A stretch of 64,000 nt of DNA from a virus. Shown here one piece after another: positions 26,385 to 36,400 of the stretch; positions within the stretch are counted from its first letter, which is position 1, and every line of letters starts with the position of its first letter. Made by a program: the position numbers and the translations under genes. The notes beneath the pieces are model-generated. The model was given only the letters and a program-made list of their open reading frames with translations, was not told where the DNA came from and did not search any database. Location of the stretch: the IMG/VR virus record IMGVR_UViG_3300045988_119557, positions 13,946-77,945 of that record. One strand, 5' to 3'.

Positions 26385-27902
26385 ATGGCAGAAGACAGAA
26401 CAAAAATAGATCATTTGATTGCTAATCCGCAATTGTTATTACAGAAAAAGCCTTTCTTTAGAGGATTGCAGATAAATGCGCGTTATAATCCTCAAAACGT
26501 AGACTTGAATCAAACTATACAAGTAGACACTCCGAAGGTGAAGAAAATGGTTATTTCACAAGATGAATATCTTCAAGAATTAAACCCATACTGCCACAAA
26601 GTCTTATTTGATGATAACGTGCCAAGTATTACAATGAAGCTTTCAAAAGAACAAGGTGGAGGCTGGGCTACTATCGAATATAAAAAGATGGCAATCTCTT
26701 TTCAAGAAAATATAAAGAATAAGCAAGTATTGCATCTTTGCGGTAATCCTCTGAATTTCACATTGATGGAAACTAATCCTACAACCAAACAGAGCGAAGA
26801 CTTTATTACCTTTAAGCAGTATTGGGATTTAAGAAACCAAGATGGCATGAAGACAAAAATGGTTGATGCTCAAAAGTCGGTTGGAGATGCAGGACTTCTA
26901 TATTATTTCGATAGGAAAGGAGAGATTAAATCGCGATTGCTATCCTACATGGATGGATATGTTCTCTGCCCGCATAATGACGATAACGGTGATAGACTAT
27001 TAGAAAGCGTTTATTACAAAAAGGACGATATTGAATATATTGATTCTTATGATGATAGATATATGTATCGTCACATGAATGATGGAAGCGGTGCGGATGA
27101 AAACGGCTGGAAATTAATATTTAAGAACGAACATGGATTTAGCGAAATTCCTCTGATTACTAAAAGAGGCAAAGTCGCTTGGGATGATGCTCAAAGCTCA
27201 ATTGAAGCCTATGAAGTGTTATATAACATATTCTTAGTGATTCAGAAAAGACATGGATGGGGTATATTATATATCAAAGGGCGTTTTGATAATGATGGTA
27301 GAAAGATTGCTGGTTCTGTTATCTTGAATGACAGAAGTGATGACGCTAATAGTGATGCCAAGTTCCTTACTCCACCAACTCCGGAAGGAACTATTGAAAC
27401 GCTGAATCTCTTAGAGGAAACAATACAGAAAGGATCAAAAACGACATTTATTCTTCCGAAAGATATTAAAATGTCAGGAGATATTTCTGGTATTGCCATC
27501 ATGCTTACTCAATCATTGGATATAGAGAATGCTCTTCAAGGCGTTATTGAATGGCAGAATGTAGCTGATAAAATGTGTCGCTTATTCAAAGAGGGATTAG
27601 CTAAGGAATTGGTGAATAAAGACATTCAACCAACTGCTATTACAGACTTCAATAATATTAAAATTAATGCCAAATTCAAAGTATGGAGACCTCAATCTGA
27701 TACAGACTTTGCACAAATGTTGGTTACTTTAAAATCTAATGGCTTATTGTCAGAGGAAAGCGGCATTGAATTAAGTCCAGTATCTTCTCCTGATGAAAAG
27801 GCAAGAAGACAGAAAGAAAAAGATTTAGAGAGGAATTTAGAGATAGAAAAAGAAACTATTATTAATAATTCTAACAATATTAAGGAGGAAGAAAATGTAT
27901 AA
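26385..27902 (+). CDS. portal protein
   Basis: 505-aa ORF next to the terminase with an acidic C-terminal tail. Called from size and synteny. Confidence 0.7.
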   Translation: MAEDRTKIDHLIANPQLLLQKKPFFRGLQINARYNPQNVDLNQTIQVDTPKVKKMVISQDEYLQELNPYCHKVLFDDNVPSITMKLSKEQGGGWATIEYKKMAISFQENIKNKQVLHLCGNPLNFTLMETNPTTKQSEDFITFKQYWDLRNQDGMKTKMVDAQKSVGDAGLLYYFDRKGEIKSRLLSYMDGYVLCPHNDDNGDRLLESVYYKKDDIEYIDSYDDRYMYRHMNDGSGADENGWKLIFKNEHGFSEIPLITKRGKVAWDDAQSSIEAYEVLYNIFLVIQKRHGWGILYIKGRFDNDGRKIAGSVILNDRSDDANSDAKFLTPPTPEGTIETLNLLEETIQKGSKTTFILPKDIKMSGDISGIAIMLTQSLDIENALQGVIEWQNVADKMCRLFKEGLAKELVNKDIQPTAITDFNNIKINAKFKVWRPQSDTDFAQMLVTLKSNGLLSEESGIELSPVSSPDEKARRQKEKDLERNLEIEKETIINNSNNIKEEENV

Positions 27903-28188
27903 CGACGTAATAAAACAAGTTTTAGAGATTCCAGAAAGCCCCGACCATTTTACTTTGTCTGATCGGAATCCATTTTATGTATTTCCACAAAAGAAAGATG
28001 ATACTGCACCCGATGTTTTTAATATTCAGGCTGAATGTTCTGCGGCAAGAGCAAGTAGTGCACCTGTGAATATTCCTTTGGTTTGTAATCAGTGGAATGT
28101 TATTCTTCTGCAAGGCATACATTTAACCGCAGATTTAAAAACCAAGTATAAGTTATTTGCAGGGGTAAACTATTCTTATGAGCCATGA
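27895..28188 (+). CDS. hypothetical protein
   Basis: 97-aa ORF that overlaps its neighbours. Confidence 0.4.
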   Translation: MYNDVIKQVLEIPESPDHFTLSDRNPFYVFPQKKDDTAPDVFNIQAECSAARASSAPVNIPLVCNQWNVILLQGIHLTADLKTKYKLFAGVNYSYEP

Positions 28189-29657
28189 AAATAGGAGTTG
28201 GAATAGGATTGTCGTATCCTAAATATGCTACATTTGTAAATAAGGGAGGGCAAACTTCTCCTTTTCACCCGTCCCTTGTAGATTATTGGAACTTTAAAGG
28301 TAAGAGCAATTTTGATAAAGATAGGAATACTATCAAGGGAATAAAAGGTGAATTATTGACCGCGTATAACTTCGGTTGGAGCTTAGGCAGTGGTTATGGT
28401 AAATATACTATGAATTATTTAAATAATTTAAATAATTCTAAGAGCCCTGAAGACATTATAATAACAGATTCTTCAATAACCAGATTAAAAGGTGAAGGAA
28501 AAATATCCTTTTGGGTTACAGGGAATAAACTTCCCACAGGTATAACAGTTATTCCTTCCTATAGAATCAATGTTACAGGAGAATGGGAAACTCCTCCGGA
28601 ATTTACTTATTATGATGGAGATAACGCATCTATATCACATACAATTACTTTAACTCACGGCATTAACATCATCCCTGAGATAACAATAAATGTAATAACA
28701 TCAATATCATCCACTATATATGGTTTTAGTACTTTTCAAAATGGAGATGTCACTATTGAACAAATTCCAGAATATGAAGGGGCAATAGTTACAGATGGTG
28801 TTGATGATTATCTGAAACTTGATAAGGTAGGATATAAGATAGGAACTGTTATAGTTAAATTTGTTCCTATTAAGTTTAATGTTGGTTGGAATACAGTTTT
28901 TGATAATAATAAATACGATAGCCCTAATAGGAATTTTTTAGGTTATTCTTCTACCATAGAAAATAGAGGTACTACTATGTTTGTTTCTAATTATGGCGAT
29001 TATCTTGCATTATATCATAATACGCCTAAACAAGCTAATGACTCACTTTATATAAGTAGCTCTTATACAGAATCGTTTACAGCTAAGGAGTTTTTTTCTA
29101 TGGCTCTATATGATATTGCTATATATCAAGACGTTCTGACCGCTGAAGAAATTCAGAAAGAAATCAACGTCATGGAATATGGTACTCCAAATCCAGTGTT
29201 CGCATTGAACTTTGATAATTTTGCCTATAAAGCCGTTGATTATCCTGAATTTGCTACTGGCAAAGTTACAACAAACAAAATTGTAATAGATAGTACAACT
29301 ACACAAATGAATGGATTTATTGTGGCTGCTTATAATCCAGAATTAACAACAGGAGATGCAATTGAACTACCATCTTATAAAGTAAAAGTCACAGGAATTG
29401 ACGCATATGGTAATCTGGGCGATGGTTATTGGGCAGTTGCGTTAATGGGAATGCCTATTAATGCGTCACAAGACCCTTGGGTTTATCTGTTTTACAAAGA
29501 TGGAATTTATGATATACCAGCAATATCATTAAGTGAAAGTATCTATAATTTAGCAGTGATGTGTCAAATAATGGTTGACAAGCCTATTGAAATAGAAGTT
29601 CTTTATGATAGTAGTATAACTACTAATTTTCCGAGTGTTAAACAAATACTTCCTTAA
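28185..29657 (+). CDS. LamG (concanavalin-A-like lectin) domain protein, probably virion-associated
   Basis: IVTDGVDDYLKLDK..IGTVIVKF.. and the closing ALYDIAIYQDVLTAEEIQKE match the Laminin_G_3 pattern (fdG.dDyl ... l.dvriY.r.Ls.eEI). Confidence 0.65.
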   Translation: MKIGVGIGLSYPKYATFVNKGGQTSPFHPSLVDYWNFKGKSNFDKDRNTIKGIKGELLTAYNFGWSLGSGYGKYTMNYLNNLNNSKSPEDIIITDSSITRLKGEGKISFWVTGNKLPTGITVIPSYRINVTGEWETPPEFTYYDGDNASISHTITLTHGINIIPEITINVITSISSTIYGFSTFQNGDVTIEQIPEYEGAIVTDGVDDYLKLDKVGYKIGTVIVKFVPIKFNVGWNTVFDNNKYDSPNRNFLGYSSTIENRGTTMFVSNYGDYLALYHNTPKQANDSLYISSSYTESFTAKEFFSMALYDIAIYQDVLTAEEIQKEINVMEYGTPNPVFALNFDNFAYKAVDYPEFATGKVTTNKIVIDSTTTQMNGFIVAAYNPELTTGDAIELPSYKVKVTGIDAYGNLGDGYWAVALMGMPINASQDPWVYLFYKDGIYDIPAISLSESIYNLAVMCQIMVDKPIEIEVLYDSSITTNFPSVKQILP

Positions 29658-29661
29658 GATT

Positions 29662-29910
29662 ATGAAATTTGCAATACTAACAAAAGAGTGGTTAAACAAC
29701 AAAGGCGTTGTTATTCAACCAGAGTGGAGACATAATATAGCTGAAACTGAGTATATTCTGCATCAAGAGATGATTAGTCCTTTGTTGAATGATACAGATA
29801 ATATTACTTTTTACGAGTATGATAATACTGAGTTTATTAATATAATCAATAGTTCTTCTTGGGTATTGCCAGAAAGGGAAGAAATACTCCGCAGTTCGCG
29901 TCGTCGATAA
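29662..29910 (+). CDS. hypothetical protein
   Basis: ORF trimmed to the first ATG after the upstream stop (MKFAILTKEW). Confidence 0.4.
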   Translation: MKFAILTKEWLNNKGVVIQPEWRHNIAETEYILHQEMISPLLNDTDNITFYEYDNTEFINIINSSSWVLPEREEILRSSRRR

Positions 29911-29948
29911 AAAGTCGATTAGATAATTGGATATTGTTTTTAATTGAT

Positions 29949-29956
29949 TATCTTTG
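29949..29956 (+). promoter_or_regulatory. Bacteroides-type -7 promoter box
   Basis: TATCTTTG in intergenic region 29911-30116. Confidence 0.4.
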
Positions 29957-30081
29957 CAATGTAGAAGCTGAAAGTCAGTCGGGAACTCTTAAAAATGGGA
30001 GTTTTCGGCTTATCTTATACTCACCAGTATCTTTTTAGTTCACTTTTTCATTCTTTTCTTTATCAATATCTAACAAATTGC

Positions 30082-30089
30082 TATATTTG
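30082..30089 (+). promoter_or_regulatory. Bacteroides-type -7 promoter box
   Basis: TATATTTG, 27 nt upstream of the ATG at 30117. Confidence 0.45.
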
Positions 30090-30116
30090 TATTTAAATTA
30101 AAAAACGTTTTTTAGA

Positions 30117-30494
30117 ATGGACTGGACAACTATATTAAATTATATTATCGGAGGAGGTGGATTACTAACGTTCACGCTTTCTGCATATAAAGCGAGGCCA
30201 GAAAAAGTTTCTTTCGAAATAAAAAATCTTAGAGAATTAGTCGAAGAGATAAAGACTAATGCAAAAGAAGAAAAAATAGAGTATGAAGAAAAGATGTCTA
30301 AATTAGAGCGTAAAGTAGACGAATTAGAGCTTAAGGATGAAATAAAATCAAGAGGTATAGCTCAATATCTAAGATGCTCTTATCCTCCAACAGATAAAGA
30401 ATGTCCAGTCGCAGTTTTTATTAATCGCTCCGAGGATATTATGAAACGTAAGACAAAAGAACTAAAAGAAAAAAGAGAGACAAATGAGCAATAA
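30117..30494 (+). CDS. membrane-anchored coiled-coil protein
   Basis: N-terminal TM segment ILNYIIGGGGLLTFTLSAY followed by charged heptad-like sequence. It overlaps the start of the giant fibre gene. Confidence 0.5.
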   Translation: MDWTTILNYIIGGGGLLTFTLSAYKARPEKVSFEIKNLRELVEEIKTNAKEEKIEYEEKMSKLERKVDELELKDEIKSRGIAQYLRCSYPPTDKECPVAVFINRSEDIMKRKTKELKEKRETNEQ

Positions 30495-33400
30495 CATTTT
30501 ACTGACAGTATACACTTATGTAGATGGGGTTTCTGATACTCCGTTTCCTAATGCGGAAAATCCGTTAAAAATCAAATATACTTATAATGCTCAACGAATG
30601 GGGAGCAGTTCTTTAACAGCTACGGCAATGTATCCGACTTGCCTTGATGATCTATGGGTGAGTGGGAAACAATACGTAGATTTCAAAGGAGAACGATATT
30701 TCATTGTAAAAACGCCGTCTTCTTCAAAGAGTAACGACGATGTTAGATACAAACATGAATTAGAGTTCTTGTCCGGCAGAAGTGTATTGGATAATGTGTA
30801 TGTATATGACGTGGTTACTGGTGACGCAGGGAGCACAGACCGTTATGTAAGCAATAGCACAAAAGTTCTTTTTTATGGCGATATTCAGGAATTTGTAGCA
30901 AGACTTAACTTCTCTCTTGAATATAGTAATTTAGCATATCGCATTGTTATTGATGAAGGTATTACTTCCGAAGCAAAACAAGTTTCTTTGGAGAATGTGT
31001 TTTTTAGTAATGCTTTACAAGAAATATTCAATATATTTGAATTGCCTTTTTACTTTGTCGGAACAACGATTCATGTCGGATTCACGAACAATGCAATCAC
31101 GCATACATTCAAATACGGAAAAGATTTCGAACTCTTATCTGTAAGCAAAACTAATGCTAACTATAAAATAACCAATAGAGTTACAGGTACAGGTAGTTCC
31201 GATAATATTCAATTCTATTATCCGAATCCGAGCAACGATAGAAAAGCCATAGAAGAAGCAGGAGGTACATGGATTACTCCTTCACAAGTATTAATGCCTC
31301 CAATATATAGACAGACAAATGGAGCAGAACGTTTTTATAATGCTTTAAATAATAAATATATTAATCCTGATACAGGTGATTATTATACCTTTGAGAATCT
31401 TTATTTGCCGACAAATCCTAAAGAACAAATAGTCGATTTCTCTTATATCAAGCCAAGTATTAAAAATGCCTTAAACAAAGCTGGTGTAAGAATGGATATG
31501 ATTAAAGCAATCGCCTTTGATCAGAACGACGACGATTCAATAAACAAAGACACTGGTGAATATGTTCACTCTTACTTTTATGTTAAACTAAATAAGTTTG
31601 ACGGAGACTTTGGTTTTAACTTATTTGATCAAGCTTTAGTCGGCAGTGATGCAACTGTCTCGATGACAAGTGGGGCTTGTGGGGCTTGTAATTTCCAAAT
31701 TGGAGTAACAGAAATTACACAAGAAGGGAAACAAGTATTCAGGAATCCTGTTCAAGTCGATAGTAAAGGCGATATTGTTCCTGGTGATTATGCACAAAAG
31801 GTTAATGTAAACAATCTGCAACCACAGCAGCAAAATACAATGACCAATGAAGTGTGGATTGCCCTCAAAAAGGATAATACTACATTTGGTATCGTAATGC
31901 CTAATGCAGGTAATAATATAAAACCAAGTGTCGGAGATAGCTTTGTCTTTTTGAATATTGATATGCCACAAGCCTATATAACGAAGGCTGAAAAGGAATT
32001 AGAAGAAGCTATCATTAAATATATGGCAAATAATAATAGGGAAAAGTTTACCTTCTCTATTAAATTGAGTCGTATTTTTTTAGCCGAAAATCCGAGCATT
32101 GGGAATCTGTTAAACGAGAATGCGCGTATAGATTTAGAATATAATGGGCAGTTCCATCAATTGTATGTTTCTAACTATACACTTAAGGTTGATGAAAATG
32201 TATTGCCCGAAATTTCAATTCAGTTAACAGACACTCTGACCATTGGCAAGAACTCTCTTCAAACTGCTATTGATGGAGTAAAACAAGATATAATGAACTC
32301 TATCGGAAGTGTGGATTTCCTAAAACAAGGATTGAAATACTTTTTGAGAAAAGACACCAGTGATTACGCAAGAGACTTCATTACTTTTTTGCGCGGATTA
32401 AAAGTTGGTTCTTATACCGAAGGAGGCAATAGCGGAGGTATTTTCGCTGTTGATGCAAATGGAAAAACTTACATCGAAACAGACATGTTGAAAGTACGTG
32501 CCAAAGCGTATTTTGAGACATTGGAAATAATCAACACGAATAGTATCGGAGGCAGACAGATAATCACTCCTGGCGGAAGTATAACCTGTAATAAAGTTGT
32601 TGAAGGAGATACTTATTACCGTTGTTATTTCGTGAACGATGCAGATAATACACCAATTGAAAACAGGTTTAAGGTAGATGACCAAGCTCTATCGCAAGAC
32701 TTCAACATCAAAGAGGGTATTTATGAAAATGTATCAAATCATTATTATTGGAGAAAGGTTGTAGCCATTGGTGATGATTATATTGATTTATCTAAGACGG
32801 ATGCTGATGTAAGCAGTGATGTGCCCAAAGCAGGGGACGTTATTTGTCAATTAGGTAACAAGACAGATAAAACTCGCCAAAATGCTATTATATTCTCTGC
32901 TGTAGACTTTTATTCTCCAAGTATTACTTTATACGCTGGCATTGATAACTATTCCTACGTGAACAAAGAATATGTTTCTTATGGCGTTGACAAGACAACA
33001 AATGAAGCCTTCTTTAATGTTTACGGACGAATGTATGTAGGAGATAGGAACAAGACTTCTTACATGCAATATAGCGAAAAGGACGGTTTGCAAATTAAGG
33101 GTAAATTGCAGATTGGAACAACCATTGGATCTGGGCAAACGGTAGAAGACGCATTAGAACAAACTAAAAATGACGCTATAGCTGGTGCAAAAGAAAATCT
33201 GGATGAATTTGCAACGATAGTCAATGGCAGCTTAGGAGATTTACAGGATCAAATAGATGGGGCTATTGAAACTTGGTTTTACGACCCAGTGCCAACACTA
33301 ACAAATCAACCTGCTGTAAATTGGACTACTGATAAAGACAAAAATACGCATTTAGGAGACTTATATTATGATGGTAATGGGAAAGCCTATAGATTCCAAT

Positions 33401-36400
33401 TAACAGGCACAACGTATGAATGGAAAGTACTTACAGATAGCGATATTACTAAAGCTTTAGCAGATGCCAAGAAAGCGCAAGACACAGCCGATAGTAAACG
33501 AAAAATCTTTGTACGTCAACCATTAGACACTGAAACGTATGAAGTCGGGGATCTTTGGGTGAATGCTACTTTTAGTACTACTTATTCCAATGATGTCCTT
33601 CGATGCAAAACAGCTAAAGCAGCAGGAATATCTTTTTCTATCAACCATTGGGAAAAGGCTTCTAAATATACTGATGATCAAGCGGCTTTAGAAGCACAAA
33701 GATTAGCTAAAGCGGCACAAGCAGATGTCGATCAAGCCAAGCGAGATATAAATGGATTAGATGGAGAAGTAGACGGATTGCGCAACTTCACAGATCAAGC
33801 TTTTAAAGACGGAGTAATTGATAGAAGTGAAGCTACTGCAATAGCCAAATATCTTAATAATATCGAAACTTCGCAGAAAGATGTAAGCCAAAGTTTCGCG
33901 AAGGTGTACAATAATCCATTATTATCGGGAATAGCTAAGACGAATCTCAACAATGCAAATATTGCCTTTAATACTGCTGCAACAGATTTGATTTCAACGA
34001 TTAGATCGGCTATTGCAGATGGCATAACTACAAATACAGAGAAAGCCGCAGTTGATGATAAATATTCTGTATTTAATACTAAATATGGAGATTATATCGC
34101 GTATTTAAATGAAGCCAATAAGTTTATTCAAGACCAAATAAAGACTACGGCTGATAATGCTTTACAAAAAGCGGTTGACTTAGATTATCTTAAACAAGCC
34201 TTTACAGAAAAGACTACGATTACTGATGGTATCGTTCAAACTTCTATTTTAGCATTGGGGTATACCGATGGTAGCTCTTATAAGATAATGAGTGGATCGA
34301 ATGGTATATATAATTCCTCTAAAATAGGCGGAGGTATCGCATCTTGGTGGGGTGGTTCAATGAAAGACCGCAATGATTACACTTCCGAGAATATGCCCGC
34401 TGATGTAGCCAAAGGACTTGTTCGATTTGACGGTACAGGATATTTCGCTAATGGCAATTTATGGTGGGATAATAATGGTAAGCTTCATGCAGATCCTTTA
34501 TCCTTCTTTGTTGGCCCGGAAAATGTTGGTGACTTATTATCTATATTCCAAATTGTGAAATCGGGATCTTCCATAAGCTATGTAGTCCCTCGCTATCCAT
34601 TTCAAAAGTTGTCAATTTCAAGTTACTTGGAATTAGGTAGTGGTTATCGTATAAAGGTAGATGAAGCCAATAATGCGATATATTTCGAAAAGGCAGATGG
34701 AGGTATTGTCAACTTCTATGCGACTGGCGGTATTACCGCTTTAGGCGTTGGGACTAAATCCCCACAAACAATATTAGATGCCCTCCCCATTGACACTAAT
34801 ACATTAAGTAAAGAAGGTGGTAAACTAACAGTGATTGGCGGAGGAAGTGGTGGCAATACAGGGGCTATTTCTCTAAATGGACAGAGATACGAATCGGTGG
34901 ATGGTGTAATTACTTTGCCTAATTTAGCTACTCCCGGGGATATTACTACTGCTTTAAGTAGCTATGCAACCCAGGCGTGGGTCAATAGTCAAGGTTTTTT
35001 AAGTTCTGCTGCTCTTGATAATTATGTTACATTAAATACAGTTCAGAATATCACTGGTGTTAAAACATTCTCTTCTGGCTTAATAGCTACAGATATTGTA
35101 GCTAATAAATTTAAGACATTATCAGGAACTGCTTCTCAGTTCCTTAAAGCAGATGGTTCAGTAGATAGTAATTTATATGCCTTAGCGTATGAAGGTAACC
35201 AGAATAAAACTCAGCATTCTCAATACTCAAGATTTACGAACTACTTTAATGTTATAGATAGGAGAAGCGAAACACCTACGCCTAATTCATACGAGACTCA
35301 CACTATTTCCGCATTTTTTAATGCAAGCAACGGCATGCCAGACGGTAACTGGTGGTCTGGCTTCCACGTTCGTGGTTGGGGAGATGGTTACTGTACTTGG
35401 GAATTAGTAGGACCTTCTTCTACTAATAATACCGCTAACAATCTTCGTTACCGCACAGGTATTGGTGATACGTGGGGAGCGTGGAAGATGATTATGACTG
35501 ATGTTGAAGCAGATGGTAAGTACGTTTTCAAGACAGGGGATACTATGACAGGTGCTCTTACTGCGCCAGATGTTTTTGCAACAACCTTATGGGCTATAAG
35601 TACGTTACGTTCTAATTTATTGCTTACTGTAGGCGCATCAAATGCAATCGTTGTTGCGAATAGAGCTGAACTACATCTAATTACCCCTTCAGATAATCCT
35701 TGTGATTTATGGATGGGAGCTAACAATAGTAGACGTTGGTCTATTACAGCCAGAGGTTCCGGAGAGAATTATCAATTAGGAATCTATAATAATACAAGAT
35801 CCAATTGGAATGTTATCTTTAGAGACGACATAAATGATTTCTTTGTAAAAACTGAGGTACGTAGTACGTTTTTAGTCGTTCCTTCAGATATTGGTGGAGG
35901 ATACAATGAAGGCATCCGTATCTGTAATGGATCAAACAATTGGTCTAATATCCAGTTTGGAGCACAGAACGCATGGAACGGTAAAATTGACGGTCAGTGG
36001 ATAGTTGGTAAAGATCCGGTAAAAAATTTCCAGATTTGTCTTGCAGGAACAGAAACGTCTAACGGTTCAAGACCCAGTAAAGGGATACATATTGATATAA
36101 ATGGCTATCTTCATACGGGTTATGTATCTACGGAAATAAATCCGGATAATCAGGGAGATTATTTTTACTCTTCTGATGATACGTTTCTTAGAAGATCTAC
36201 TTGGTATGCCGCTTTATCCCATTTAAGCAATAAACAGCGAACATTAGACCTTACAACTTTAGACCAAAATAAGTGGTATCCATGTATTATTAATGCGCCT
36301 GCTTATGGAGGAACACCTTTAAGAATTACTCTATTTAATGGACTTAGAGGCAATAAGCCATCATGGGGTTCGCATCAGCAAGGGTTTTCTTTACTATTAG

